Positions 38,010 through 48,784 are shown, numbered from the stretch's first letter. The stretch is 64,000 nucleotides of DNA from Oceanispirochaeta sp. (GCA_963666275.2 CAXXOA010000002.1:1344001-1408000), one strand, 5' to 3'. Made by a program: numbers and translations. Notes: a model not told the origin generated them from the sequence alone.

Positions 38010-38996
38010 TCAGTCTATCCTGTAGGTGAAGGACAAGAGGGGTAGGGGGAAGAACCTTTTCTCTCCGCCCAGGCCCTCTACAATGTAGTCACCTTCTTCC
38101 CGTGAGATCATAACAGGCAGTATGGCTCCTATATCCCAGCTGAACTTTTCACCGGCGATCCGGAAGGCTATCCCCGGTACGATCCCCATGGGAAGGGCAT
38201 CCCACTCGTAACGGGTGTGGTAGTCTTTGTCGCCGTAGCTGTCTATGTAGGGATTGATGTAGTGGGGCATCCGGCCCCAGATAATCCAGTTCTCCGTAAC
38301 AATGGCCGCCGTGTCGGACATGACCCATTTACCGCCCAGCACCAGTACCGCGCCGTCCAGGTCTGTTCCCGTTCCGTCGTACCCGATGGCGGCTCCCGCG
38401 GCGGCTGTGAAATTGTGTTCCGGTCTGCCCAGGGAGTATACCGTATAGGGCAGGAACACTCCCATAAAGTCGATCCAGGAGGCACCGGCAAAGGACCCCA
38501 CCGAGAGAGCCTGTCTTTGACTGAGATTGAAGGTGTACCGGGCACTGACAAGAGCCCCGGGGATGCTTATCCCTCCCCAGAGGCTCACATGGTCATTCAG
38601 ACCGTAACTCATGGTGACTGCGGCAATTTCCTGATCCGAAACATGGAACTCTCCCGTTTCCATGGGAAAACCCGTGGGAATGACAAGGAGCCTGTTTGAA
38701 GCGGAATCCTGATAGTAGGAGCGTTTGTCCTCTCCCTCCACTATGCTCCAGGCCCGGGTGACTGAAGATCTTAATAATGTGATGAGTCTGCCGTCCCGGT
38801 CTGCCAGGACCAGCTTTTCCTGATCAATTTCATACAGTATGCCCTGAAAAGTGGCTCCGCTCCGGGTTTCGATCCTGAGGAACATATTCTGATATTCCGG
38901 GATCTCCTCCGGCTCTACCGGACGCGTCTGACCAGCTGCGGGAAACAAAAGAATTAAAGCGGTAATACAGAGAAAAATCCATGAAGAGAATTTCAT
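38010..38996 (-). CDS. Exported hypothetical protein, possible outer-membrane beta-barrel
   Basis: Signal peptide, amphipathic beta-strands, C-terminal 'LSFTYRID'. Confidence 0.65.
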   Translation of the reverse strand: MKFSSWIFLCITALILLFPAAGQTRPVEPEEIPEYQNMFLRIETRSGATFQGILYEIDQEKLVLADRDGRLITLLRSSVTRAWSIVEGEDKRSYYQDSASNRLLVIPTGFPMETGEFHVSDQEIAAVTMSYGLNDHVSLWGGISIPGALVSARYTFNLSQRQALSVGSFAGASWIDFMGVFLPYTVYSLGRPEHNFTAAAGAAIGYDGTGTDLDGAVLVLGGKWVMSDTAAIVTENWIIWGRMPHYINPYIDSYGDKDYHTRYEWDALPMGIVPGIAFRIAGEKFSWDIGAILPVMISREEGDYIVEGLGGEKRFFPLPLLSFTYRID

Positions 38997-39098
38997 ATTT
39001 TCCTCCTGTCTCTTTCAATTCTAATCTAAAATGAGAGGTTTTGCGGGTTCCGGGAGGAGAATGTTCTCCCCCTCTTGAAAAGGCTGGGGCCGGGTGTT

Positions 39099-40046
39099 TT
39101 AAACGTGATTGAGCAGACCCAGCTCCACGGGATGAGGATTCAGAAAGTACTGTTTCAGCAGATAGGGCTCCTGATACTTTCTGGTGTAATGACGCAGCAG
39201 GGTGACCGGTACGATCAGAGGGGTGGCTCCGGTATGGTAGTTCTCCATCTCCTCCTGCAGCTCTTTCCGTTCGTCCTCTGACAGGTTCTTCCGGAAGTAC
39301 CCGGCTATATGCAGCAGGGTATTGTAGTTCTTTTTGACTGTCTTTTTCGTATTCAGGCTGTCCAGGAGCCGGGCCAGATAGGCCTCCTTCCGCTCTTCCA
39401 GAGAGATCTCCTGTGAACCGGAACAGAGTTTACCCAGATCTTTCAGAATCGAGGGACTGTGAGCCATAAGGGTGTATTTATGACAGCTGTGGAATTCCAC
39501 AAGTTCCTTCATACCTCCGGGAGCAACCATCTCTCTCCATCTCTGGAGCACAAAAATAGTCTCTATAAAATTCTCCCGGATTCCCGGATCATTCAGACGC
39601 CCTTCATCCTCCACGGGAATATGGGGAAACCTCTTCATATAGGCGGCGGCAAAGAGACCCACTCCTTTGTAGCTGATGGGTTCTCCTGTCTCTTTGTAGA
39701 CTTTGACCGCTCTCATTCCGCTGGAGGGGCTCTTGGTTTTGAATATGAAGGCAACCAGGTCCTCTTTTTCAAGTTCCTCCAGCCGCCTGGTAATCCAGGT
39801 CTGCATCTTTTCGGTATGGTCGATTTTTGTTTTCCCTGTCATCAGACGGGGATTTTCAACAGATCCGACAAGGCGCATGGTTTCCCGGGGGATAGGCAGG
39901 CCGCACTCCACTTCCGGACAGACCGGAACAAAGTCACACCACTGACCCAGAGTGTCGTGGATAAAATGATCCAGTTTTGATTGTCCGTCATAGCGGACCT
40001 TGTTACCCAGAAGACAGCTGCTGATACCTACCCTGATTTTTTTCAT
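39099..40046 (-). CDS. YbgA-family protein (DUF523 thiouracil-desulfurase-like + DUF1722)
   Basis: 'GISSCLLGNKVRYDG', 'CPEVECGLPIPRE', 'KSPSSG', 'FHSCHKY..AHS'. Confidence 0.9.
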   Translation of the reverse strand: MKKIRVGISSCLLGNKVRYDGQSKLDHFIHDTLGQWCDFVPVCPEVECGLPIPRETMRLVGSVENPRLMTGKTKIDHTEKMQTWITRRLEELEKEDLVAFIFKTKSPSSGMRAVKVYKETGEPISYKGVGLFAAAYMKRFPHIPVEDEGRLNDPGIRENFIETIFVLQRWREMVAPGGMKELVEFHSCHKYTLMAHSPSILKDLGKLCSGSQEISLEERKEAYLARLLDSLNTKKTVKKNYNTLLHIAGYFRKNLSEDERKELQEEMENYHTGATPLIVPVTLLRHYTRKYQEPYLLKQYFLNPHPVELGLLNHV

Positions 40047-40564
40047 ACAAATACACTCTCACCCCTACAGTCGATCGCGACGATAACCGGAAAGTCTTTG
40101 ACTTCCAGTTTGTATATGGCTTCAGGGCCCAGATCCTCAAAGGCAAGCACCTCGCTTTTGACGATCCTGTCGGAATAGAGGGCTCCGCAGCCGCCGAAGG
40201 CATAGAGAAAAACCGCACCGTTCCGTTTAATCGCATCGTATACGTCCCGGTTCCGGTTCCCTTTTCCTATCATACCATACAATCCGCGGTCCAGGAGGGC
40301 CGGGGCAAAGGGATCCATCCTACCGGCTGTAGTCGGGCCGGCGGAACCTATCACCCGGCCTTCCGGTGTCGGGCTGGGGCCCATGTAGTAGATGATGTTT
40401 CCCTCAAGTTCTATGGGGAGTTCCCGGTTCTGCTCAATCAGCTGAATCAGCCGCTGATGGGCCTGGTCTCTTCCCACATAAATGGTACCGTTCAGCCGCA
40501 GTTCCTCTCCTACGGATAACTCTTTTATAAGCTCTCTGGTCAAAGGCAGTTGTATCTCTCTCAT
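40043..40564 (-). CDS. Class I fumarate hydratase / tartrate dehydratase beta subunit
   Basis: 'GRDQAH', 'GPTTAGRMD', 'GKG', 'DLGPEA'. Confidence 0.92.
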   Translation of the reverse strand: MREIQLPLTRELIKELSVGEELRLNGTIYVGRDQAHQRLIQLIEQNRELPIELEGNIIYYMGPSPTPEGRVIGSAGPTTAGRMDPFAPALLDRGLYGMIGKGNRNRDVYDAIKRNGAVFLYAFGGCGALYSDRIVKSEVLAFEDLGPEAIYKLEVKDFPVIVAIDCRGESVFV

Positions 40565-41403
40565 ATGGTCACCACCAGTTTTCTGTCGGCCCAGCAGTTG
40601 ACGCTGAGCGCCACGGGCATCCCCGCAATGTGGGTCGGATAGGTTTCAATTTTCACTCCCAGGGCTGTGGTTTTACCCCCCAGGCCGCCCGATCCGATTC
40701 CGGTGGCGTTGATCCTGTCTGTAATGTCTTTTTCAAGCTGGGCATACCAGGGATCGGGATGATGTTCATCCAGATTCCGGAACAGGGCTTTCTTGGAGAG
40801 TTTGGCCGCATAATCCATGGTGCCTCCGATCCCCACCCCCAGAACCACCGGAGGGCAGGGGGCTCCGCCGGCTTCTGTAATGGCTCCCACAATGGAATTG
40901 ATAACGGTTTCCCTGTCCGAGGTGGGTTTGAGCATAAAGACCCGGCTGCAGTTTTCACTGCCGAACCCTTTCAGAAGCCCCCGCACAACCAGGCGGTCTC
41001 CCGGCAGGCAGTCATAATAGATGACCGGCGGGAGATTGTTCTGTGTATTGGTTCTGTCTTTCAGAGGATCTTTTACTATGGACTTACGGAAAAAACCCTC
41101 CCTGTAGGCATCTTCCACGGCATCATGCAGGACCTTTTCCAGGGGATCTCCCTCTAACACAAGATCCTGTCCTATGGAGGCAAAAAGCACTACCATCCCC
41201 GTATCCTGGCAGAGGGGCATATGATTCTTTCTCGCCAGAGTCAGATTTTCCACGATATGACAGAGCACTGTTTCCGCCGGACCCTCCTCCATTTTTCTGG
41301 CTTTTTCTATCCCCGAGAGGATATCATCCGGCAGAATCACTCCTGCCTTCATAATCGCATTTTTCAGGGGGGTATAGATTTCCCGGGCATTTATCTTTCT
41401 CAT
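40561..41403 (-). CDS. Class I fumarate hydratase / tartrate dehydratase alpha subunit
   Basis: 'CQDTG', 'KGFGSEN', 'CPP..GVGIGG', 'NCWA'. Confidence 0.92.
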   Translation of the reverse strand: MRKINAREIYTPLKNAIMKAGVILPDDILSGIEKARKMEEGPAETVLCHIVENLTLARKNHMPLCQDTGMVVLFASIGQDLVLEGDPLEKVLHDAVEDAYREGFFRKSIVKDPLKDRTNTQNNLPPVIYYDCLPGDRLVVRGLLKGFGSENCSRVFMLKPTSDRETVINSIVGAITEAGGAPCPPVVLGVGIGGTMDYAAKLSKKALFRNLDEHHPDPWYAQLEKDITDRINATGIGSGGLGGKTTALGVKIETYPTHIAGMPVALSVNCWADRKLVVTI

Positions 41404-41415
41404 GGCAGACCTTTC

Positions 41416-42213
41416 TTATTTGAGATTGTTTATGACTTTTCTGGCTTCTTCCAGATCATTCATCAGATTCAGCATACGGACGCTGTTTTTCATCCTGGCC
41501 AGGAAGAGATTCACATCAAAAGGCTTCATGATGTAGTCGTCGGCGCCGAAAAGGAGGATCTGGGACATGGCTTTGTAGCTCCTGATTCCCGAAATGGCAA
41601 TAATGACTTTATTCCCCTTCCGCTCCTTCAGTTTCATCACGACTTCTTCTCCGGAAATCTCGGGCATGATAAGGTCTACAAGGTAGATCGTGTAGGCCTT
41701 TGAACTCCTGAGAAGCTCCGCAGGATCCTGAAAGTAGTCTACCTGACTGATTCCGTTCAGTTCAAATATGCTTCTGATCGCATTCAGGGCCACCTTGCTA
41801 TCATCCAGGACCGCAATGGTCTGCTTCTGCAGTTCCCTGGAGAAGCTGTCTTCGGATATGAAAATGTCAAAGTATTTATCCAGCCTGTGCTGGGATATCT
41901 CGGATTTGAGGATGTAGTCAACCACACCCAGATCAAAGAGTTCCTCCCGGGATTCCAGGGAGTTATCTGAGGTCACGGCAATAACGGGTATGGAGCTGAA
42001 GGAGGATTTTTTCAGACTGGTAATAAAATCTTCGCCTCTTGTATCAGCCAGCTCCAGGCCGGTAATGATCAGGTCTATTTCCTGGGCTTTCAGAATTTCC
42101 ATGGCTTCTGAGGCACAGTCGGACTCGGCAAACTGGAGTCCCTTCTCTATGGCAATGTTTTTTATGATTTTCCTTATAAACGGACTGTTGTCCAGGTGGA
42201 GGATTTTCTTCAT
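41416..42213 (-). CDS. Response regulator with two receiver domains (first one atypical)
   Basis: REC1 has 'DLIITGL' in place of the phospho-Asp; REC2 has 'LVDLIMP..GADDYIMKPF'. Confidence 0.85.
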   Translation of the reverse strand: MKKILHLDNSPFIRKIIKNIAIEKGLQFAESDCASEAMEILKAQEIDLIITGLELADTRGEDFITSLKKSSFSSIPVIAVTSDNSLESREELFDLGVVDYILKSEISQHRLDKYFDIFISEDSFSRELQKQTIAVLDDSKVALNAIRSIFELNGISQVDYFQDPAELLRSSKAYTIYLVDLIMPEISGEEVVMKLKERKGNKVIIAISGIRSYKAMSQILLFGADDYIMKPFDVNLFLARMKNSVRMLNLMNDLEEARKVINNLK

Positions 42214-42327
42214 TTTATTTCCTTACTCGGGTCATTGGGATGTCTCTCTGGGAATAGTATAGTATGCGTATTTTTAATTGGCAATCAGGGTGCATTTTTA
42301 TTAGAGTTGTTTACATACGGAGGATTT

Positions 42328-43401
42328 ATGATTAAAAAGCTCTTCTTTCTAATGCTGCTGTATACAATGCTTTTTAGTATCTCCTGCAGAAAGGACGACG
42401 CGGATACGGCCTCCTCAGCCAGTGAATGGGCTCCCTCTGATAAAGAGCCCGTGGCAGTGGAAACGGCACCGGTCAGATCCGAAGCGTTTTTTCAGGGGAT
42501 TGAAGCATCAGGTATCCTGGAGGGGATCCGCGAAGCTGATGTTGTCTCTGAAACCTCGGGTATTATAAAAGATGTTTTGTTTGAGATAGGAGATTACGTC
42601 GAGCAGGGAGATCTTCTGCTGACCGTTGAAAATGATCTGATGAAAACCAATCTGGAATACTCCCGGCAGGAATTGAAGACGGCCCGGCTTGAGTTCGAGG
42701 CGGTAGAGAAGTCCTATAAGACAGGGGGAACCTCCCTGGTTGCCTACAATCAGTCCATGGCAAAGCGGAAAGGGGCCAGGTACCGGTTTGAGCAGGCGGA
42801 AGATGCCTATGAGAATACAAGGATCAGAGCGCCTTTTGCGGGGTTCATCAGCACAAGAGACAGCGCTATTATCCCCGGGAGTTCTCTCTCTCCCGGAGTC
42901 GCAGTGACTCACATTGTGGATACCTCGTCTTTTCAGATCCGGCTTTCCGTGGGTGAAGAGGCGGTTTCTCAGGTCCTTCCGGGGGCGGCCGCCACTGTTT
43001 TCGTCAATGCTCTGCCGGGAAAAACAATCGAGGCATTTATCAGAGCTGTTTCACCGGGGAGCGGCAGAAGCAGCGGACGCTTTCCAGTGGTTGTCCAATG
43101 GGAAAATGCAGACAACCTTCCTGTTAAATCGGGAATGTCTGCCCGGGTCCTTCTCCAGCCTGAAACGGGAGGGGAAAAGGAGCTGGTGGCTCCCTCATCC
43201 GCACTGGTTTTCCGGAATGGCCTCTCCTATGTCTTCAGGGTTGCAGAGAATACGGCTGAACCTGTTCAGGTGGATGTTCTGAGAATCCTGGGGAACAGAG
43301 CCTCCCTTCAGGGGGATATCCGAAGCGGTGACAGCGTCATCGTCTCAGGTCTGAACTCTCTGGCTCCGGGAGATCCTGTCCTGCCCCGGCCCGTGGATTA
43401 A
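42328..43401 (+). CDS. RND efflux periplasmic adaptor (MFP), lipoprotein
   Basis: ATG at 42328 after GGAGG; lipobox 'ISC'; 'IRAPFAG', 'SGMSARV'. Confidence 0.9.
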   Translation: MIKKLFFLMLLYTMLFSISCRKDDADTASSASEWAPSDKEPVAVETAPVRSEAFFQGIEASGILEGIREADVVSETSGIIKDVLFEIGDYVEQGDLLLTVENDLMKTNLEYSRQELKTARLEFEAVEKSYKTGGTSLVAYNQSMAKRKGARYRFEQAEDAYENTRIRAPFAGFISTRDSAIIPGSSLSPGVAVTHIVDTSSFQIRLSVGEEAVSQVLPGAAATVFVNALPGKTIEAFIRAVSPGSGRSSGRFPVVVQWENADNLPVKSGMSARVLLQPETGGEKELVAPSSALVFRNGLSYVFRVAENTAEPVQVDVLRILGNRASLQGDIRSGDSVIVSGLNSLAPGDPVLPRPVD

Positions 43402-43413
43402 CAGAGGAGTCCT

Positions 43414-46400
43414 ATGAATATTGGAAAGTTTTCGGTCAGCAATCCTGTCCTTCTGAATATCCTTATGATAAGCCTCCTCCTTATGGGGGGGCTCAGCCTC
43501 TCCCGGATGCCCCGGGAGCAGTTTTCGGAAGTTCCCTTCTATTTTGTGAACATCCTCATTCCCTATCCCGGTGTTTCCGCCGAGGATATGGAAACCCTGG
43601 TCACGATTCCCGTGGAGAATGAAATGCAGGGCCTGGATGAACTGGATGAAATACAGTCTCTCTCCGGGGAGGGATTGTCCTCCCTGCAGATTCAGTTCAA
43701 CAGCGGCATCTCTTCGGATGAGTTTGACAAGCTCTTCCAGGATGTGAGAACCCGGTTCAGCAGGGTCTCTCTTTCGGAAGATGTCCTGGAACCTTCGATT
43801 GATGATTTTTCCTCCAATGATTTTCTTCCCGTCATAGAAGTTGTTCTGACGGGCACGGAAGACTACGAGAGACTGCGCAAAGCGGCGGATATCCTCTACG
43901 ACCGGCTGATCCGGGTAAAGGATGTCTCCTCCATCGATCTGGTGGGCTCCCGGAGCAGACAGATCTTTATAGAGGCGGATAATACAAGACTGGAAGCCCG
44001 GGATCTGTCGGTCCTGGATATCCTTTCCACCCTCCGGGACAATAACAGCAATGTTCCCGCGGGTAGTATCACGAGTGAAAACAGACAGTTCCTGGTAAGG
44101 TCCATCGGAGAATCAGGCACTGTGGAGAATCTGGGAAACCTGGTTGTCCGGAGGGACGAATACGGGGCTGTGAGGATTCAGGATGTGGCGCAGATTCTGG
44201 ACGGTTATGATCCCAGGGGGGTCCGGGCCCGGTATAACGGAAATACCGCTGTGATCCTCAGGATCTCCAAAATCCCCGGAGGGAACTCCATCGGGGTGAT
44301 TGAAGATGTCCGGGAGGCTGTGAAGGAGTGGCAAACCGGCCTCTACAGCGATATCCGGGTGGATTATCAGAGCGACTCCTCCCTTCAGATAAGGCAGAGT
44401 ATCCAGGTGCTTGTAAACAACGCTCTTTTCGGTCTTCTTCTGCTTGTGATTCTGCTCCTGCTGTTTGTGGGGCTCCGGAATGCCCTTATGACGGCTCTGG
44501 GAATCCCTGTGACCTTTGCGGTCACGTTCCTGATCCTGGAGCTCACAGGAGAGACCTTCAACAGCAACACCCTCTTTGCTCTGGTTCTTGTGCTGGGGCT
44601 GATTGTGGATCATGCCATTGTGATCATCGAAAACAGCTTCCGGCTGGAACAGATCGGTCTTCCCAGGCATGATGCGGCCATAAAAGGAACAAACCAGGTG
44701 GTGGTGCCTGTCATCGCCGCCACGGCCACCACTGTGGCGGCCTTTATCCCCCTGATGATCCTGCCGGGGACGATCGGCAAATTCCTCAGAGTGATTCCTC
44801 TCACCGTGTCTATTGCCCTGGTGGTTTCCACAGCCGAAGCGGTATTCTTTCTTCCCTCCCACTATGCAGACTGGCCGGGGGGGCATAAAAAGGCCCGGAA
44901 CGAAGAGAGGTTTTTCGGTCTGTTCCGTAACAGGTTCCAGCACTTCCTGGAGAAGGCCTACCGCAGAAAGAAGACCACAGTGCTTCTGCTTGTTCTCGTT
45001 ATGATCGGCTCCTTCAGTCTTGTTCCCCGGTTGAATCAGGATCTTTTCAGCGCCGAGGATTTCACTCTCTTCTATATTGATGTGGATCTTCCTCCCGGCA
45101 GCTCTCTCGATAAGACGGATGCTCTCATCAGATCCTATGAACAGAGGCTTGTTCCCCTTGTGGGGAACGGGGAGGTGTCTGGCATAGGCAGCTTTATAGG
45201 TTTCCGGGGGGAATCCGCCGGCAATACAACCCGAGGGAATGTGGGGCAGATCGTGGTGGATCTTACCGAAATAGATCAGGGACGGATCCGCAGCATTCAG
45301 CAGATCATGGATGAGATCAGATATCAGACCCGGGATATCCCCGGAGCTGAGAGGATTGAATTCAGACGCGCCGCCAATGGCCCTCCCACCAGTCCTCCCG
45401 TGTCTTTCCGTCTTTTCGGGAACTCCTATGAAGAGCTGAGCCTTGTCAGCCGGTCTCTCCGGGAGAAGTTGGCCGAGTATCCCGAACTGATCAATATCAA
45501 GGACAATTACGAATCGGGAACTCCCGAGATCCGTATCATCATCGACAAGGATCTTGTCTCCCGCTATGGAATGAGTGCTTCCTATGTGGGGCAGTATCTG
45601 CGGGCCTCTCTGGAGGGGATCAAAGGGGGGACATTCTTTCAGAATAACGAGGACGTGGATATTCTGGTGGGGTTTTCCGCTGAGGGAGCTCTCAGGGCGG
45701 AGGACCTTGCGGATCTGAAAATTCAGACACCCCGGGGAGATTCTATTCCTCTGGGGTCTATCAGCCGGATGGACCAGGGACGGGCCCTGGCCTCCATCAG
45801 ACGTCTGGACGGGCTGAGAGAGATCACCATAGAAGCGGAGACCTATGACAAAGAGACCGTCCGGGAGATCAATAAGGCGGTGGAAGAGCTTTTTGACTCC
45901 CGTTTCAGCAGGCGCTATCCTGATATGAGGCTGGTTGTGGGAGGAGAGTTCTCCGAGTTCAATGATCTGCTGATTCAGATTGCCCGGATTTTTCTTGTCG
46001 GAATTTTTCTCATTTATCTGATCCTGGGGGCCCAGTTCAGTTCATACACCCAGCCGCTTCTGATCCTTCTGACCGTTCCCTTTGCGTTTACTGGAGTCAT
46101 TCTCTACCTCTTTTTCTCGGGTACGGCTTTTTCCACGACAGTCCTCTACTCGGGAGTCGCTCTGGCTGGCATTGCGGTTAACGACTCGATCGTGCTTATC
46201 AGTTTCATCAACGAACTGCGGAAAGAGGGGACTGCTACAGGGCAGGCAGTCATCCAGGCGGCCGTGACCAGGCTCAGGCCGATCATTCTGACAAGCCTCA
46301 CAACCATTGTAGGACTCCTCCCCACTGCCGCGGGCCTGGGAGGATCTTCCGTGGTCTGGGGGCCCATGGCCAGGACAATCATCTTCGGTCTTGTCTTTTC

Positions 46401-46473
46401 CACCCTGACCGCTCTAGTACTGATTCCCTGCTTTTACGGCCTCTTTTTTGATAAAAGAAAAAAAAACGGATAA
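43414..46473 (+). CDS. RND efflux permease (AcrB-like)
   Basis: 1019 aa; 'GLIVDHAIVIIEN', 'GIAVNDSIVL', 'RLRPIILTSLTT'. Confidence 0.95.
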   Translation: MNIGKFSVSNPVLLNILMISLLLMGGLSLSRMPREQFSEVPFYFVNILIPYPGVSAEDMETLVTIPVENEMQGLDELDEIQSLSGEGLSSLQIQFNSGISSDEFDKLFQDVRTRFSRVSLSEDVLEPSIDDFSSNDFLPVIEVVLTGTEDYERLRKAADILYDRLIRVKDVSSIDLVGSRSRQIFIEADNTRLEARDLSVLDILSTLRDNNSNVPAGSITSENRQFLVRSIGESGTVENLGNLVVRRDEYGAVRIQDVAQILDGYDPRGVRARYNGNTAVILRISKIPGGNSIGVIEDVREAVKEWQTGLYSDIRVDYQSDSSLQIRQSIQVLVNNALFGLLLLVILLLLFVGLRNALMTALGIPVTFAVTFLILELTGETFNSNTLFALVLVLGLIVDHAIVIIENSFRLEQIGLPRHDAAIKGTNQVVVPVIAATATTVAAFIPLMILPGTIGKFLRVIPLTVSIALVVSTAEAVFFLPSHYADWPGGHKKARNEERFFGLFRNRFQHFLEKAYRRKKTTVLLLVLVMIGSFSLVPRLNQDLFSAEDFTLFYIDVDLPPGSSLDKTDALIRSYEQRLVPLVGNGEVSGIGSFIGFRGESAGNTTRGNVGQIVVDLTEIDQGRIRSIQQIMDEIRYQTRDIPGAERIEFRRAANGPPTSPPVSFRLFGNSYEELSLVSRSLREKLAEYPELINIKDNYESGTPEIRIIIDKDLVSRYGMSASYVGQYLRASLEGIKGGTFFQNNEDVDILVGFSAEGALRAEDLADLKIQTPRGDSIPLGSISRMDQGRALASIRRLDGLREITIEAETYDKETVREINKAVEELFDSRFSRRYPDMRLVVGGEFSEFNDLLIQIARIFLVGIFLIYLILGAQFSSYTQPLLILLTVPFAFTGVILYLFFSGTAFSTTVLYSGVALAGIAVNDSIVLISFINELRKEGTATGQAVIQAAVTRLRPIILTSLTTIVGLLPTAAGLGGSSVVWGPMARTIIFGLVFSTLTALVLIPCFYGLFFDKRKKNG

Positions 46474-46523
46474 TTCAGAGGCTGTTTATATCTCGTTCAT
46501 ATCTATCGTAGTATATTGGTATT

Positions 46524-47225
46524 ATGACCAGAATACTCATAGGCGAAGACGAAAGAAAAATTAACGATATGATCCGGGACTACCTGGATGCTCTGGGTTT
46601 TGATCCTGTCCAGGCCTTTGACGGGCGGGAGGTGCTGAAGGAGTTTCGGAAAGATCCTCCTGATCTTATCCTGCTGGATATTATGATGCCTGTTCTGGAC
46701 GGGACGGATGTGCTCCGGGAGATCCGGAAAGAGAGCCGGGTTCCGGTCATTATGGTGACTGCCAGAGCCGAAGAGGGAGACAAAGTCCTGGGGCTGGAAC
46801 TGGGGGCGGATGACTATATATCCAAACCTTTCAGTATGAAAGAGATGGCCGCCCGGGTACGGGCTGTCCTAAGACGGGCCGCTCCCCTGGATACGGCGGA
46901 ACCGGAGGCGGCGGAAGACTCTCCAGTCTCTCTGGGGGATCTGACCATGGATCCTGTCAAAATGAGTGTAAAAGTCCGGGGGATCCCTGTGGATATGACC
47001 GCCGCCCAGTTTCAGATCCTCTATAAACTGATCCGCTCTCCCGGCAGGGTCTACTCCCGTATGGATCTTCTGAAAGCCTTTCAGGATGATCCATTCGAAG
47101 GATACGAAAGATCTATGGATGTGCATATCAAAAACATAAGGAAACTTATAGAAGAAGATCCGGCCCATCCTGAATATATTCAGACCGTATGGGGTGTGGG
47201 CTATAGAATGAGGGAGTGGGAATGA
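46524..47225 (+). CDS. OmpR-family response regulator
   Basis: REC domain plus winged helix 'DVHIKNIRK..IQTVWGVGY'. Confidence 0.95.
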   Translation: MTRILIGEDERKINDMIRDYLDALGFDPVQAFDGREVLKEFRKDPPDLILLDIMMPVLDGTDVLREIRKESRVPVIMVTARAEEGDKVLGLELGADDYISKPFSMKEMAARVRAVLRRAAPLDTAEPEAAEDSPVSLGDLTMDPVKMSVKVRGIPVDMTAAQFQILYKLIRSPGRVYSRMDLLKAFQDDPFEGYERSMDVHIKNIRKLIEEDPAHPEYIQTVWGVGYRMREWE

Positions 47226-48664
47226 AGCAGTCTCTCTCTCTCAAGCTGGCTTTTCTCATTGCTGTCACCATGGTGATAAGCAGTCTTGTCACTATTTTTC
47301 TTGTCAATTCTTTAACCGCCCGGCGCTTCAGTTCCTATGCTCTCCAGAGAGACCTGGACCTGGCTCAGGCCATGGCGGATTCCCTGACCAGAGCCGCCGA
47401 TGAAGGGTCTCTGGACGAGACTCTGCGCTCTTTTTCTACCACCCCCATGAGGCTGGAAAATGGTCTATTCCGGAACAACGGGATGATGAGTCACAGAGGG
47501 ATGATGGGGCGGATGCGGGATGAGGGGCCCTTTGTTCCTCTTGCCGTGACGGATACGGAAGGGAACTTTATTGCCGGGACTCCTCCGGGGACTATGGATG
47601 AGGCTCTGCCTGTCCGGGAACTGGATCTGGACACAGGTGTCCCCTATTACTCCCGGGACAGAATCGCAGGCTATGTCTTTGCAGGATCCATGCTGGAGGG
47701 GGGCCTTCCGGCTAACGAGAGGGAGTATCTGAAGGATCTCCTCCTGGGAGTTCTCCTCTCGTCTCTTCTGGCTGCCCTTATCGCCTCGGTAACAGGGTTT
47801 CTTGTTCTGAAGAGGATTCTCAAACCTCTGAAATCCCTGCAGAAAGGGGTTCATCAGCTGGGCCGGGGAGACTACACCCATCGGGTGGAGAGTTCCGGGA
47901 ACCGGGATGAGATAGGACTCCTGGCAGAGAGCTTCAATGATATGGCCCGGTCGCTGGAAGCTTCGGAGCAGTGGAAAAAACAGATTATTTCTGATACGGC
48001 CCATGAGCTCCGTACTCCTGTGAGTCTTATCATGGGAAACCTTGAAATGATGCTGGAAGGGGTGTATCAGGCGGATGAGAAAAGGCTGAGATCTCTCTAT
48101 AACGAGAGTTCCCTTCTGGCGGAGCTGATCAAGGATCTGCAGGTTCTGGCCAATGCTGAATCGGGAACAACCAGTCTGGAACACGAGGAGTTTGATCCTG
48201 ATGATCTGATCCGTATTTCAGCCGACGGCTTTCTCCCTGTGGCGCGGGAAAAGAATATCCGCCTCTCCACAGAGTGCCGCGGAGAGGGAATGATAAGGGG
48301 GGACCGGAGAAAAATCCATCAGGTTATAAAAAATCTTCTCTCCAATGCGGTCCGCTACACTCCCGGGGAGGGGACCATCACTCTGAGGAGTTACAGGAAA
48401 GGGAGCTCCTTCATTCTGGAAGTAGAAGACACAGGTCCCGGTGTTCCTGAACAGGAAAGGCTTCGCATATTTGACAGATTCTACAGGATCGATAAGTCCA
48501 GAAACAGAGAAGACGGGGGAGCCGGGCTGGGCCTGGCCATCAGTAAAGCCATCATTGAGATGCATAAAGGCGAAATTTCTGTGGGAAACGGTCCCTCCGG
48601 AGGCGCTCTTTTCAGGGTCATTTTGCCGGATTTACAGCAAGAAATTCAACTTTCAGGAAAATAG
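47222..48664 (+). CDS. HAMP-domain sensor histidine kinase (BaeS-like)
   Basis: Two TM helices, HAMP, 'AHELRTP', 'NLLSNA', 'GAGLGLAI'. Confidence 0.93.
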   Translation: MKQSLSLKLAFLIAVTMVISSLVTIFLVNSLTARRFSSYALQRDLDLAQAMADSLTRAADEGSLDETLRSFSTTPMRLENGLFRNNGMMSHRGMMGRMRDEGPFVPLAVTDTEGNFIAGTPPGTMDEALPVRELDLDTGVPYYSRDRIAGYVFAGSMLEGGLPANEREYLKDLLLGVLLSSLLAALIASVTGFLVLKRILKPLKSLQKGVHQLGRGDYTHRVESSGNRDEIGLLAESFNDMARSLEASEQWKKQIISDTAHELRTPVSLIMGNLEMMLEGVYQADEKRLRSLYNESSLLAELIKDLQVLANAESGTTSLEHEEFDPDDLIRISADGFLPVAREKNIRLSTECRGEGMIRGDRRKIHQVIKNLLSNAVRYTPGEGTITLRSYRKGSSFILEVEDTGPGVPEQERLRIFDRFYRIDKSRNREDGGAGLGLAISKAIIEMHKGEISVGNGPSGGALFRVILPDLQQEIQLSGK

Positions 48665-48749
48665 TAAAACCTTTTACCCGGGAACGGGAAAATGGTAAAA
48701 ATGACAGGACAAAAAAACAGATCAAACTGTCAAAAAAAAGCTTGACTTA

Positions 48750-48778
48750 TTGACTTTTCGATGCTGAGGCGTTATATT
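48750..48778 (+). promoter_or_regulatory. Sigma70 promoter with no downstream + strand gene
   Basis: TTGACT(48750)-17 nt-TATATT(48773), with A-tracts upstream. Confidence 0.65.
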
Positions 48779-48784
48779 TGTTTT

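Noticed and set aside
37984..38010. Hammerhead-like 'CTGAAGG..GAAA' at the end of the array
   Set aside because: It lacks the exact CUGANGA core and the required stem arrangement.
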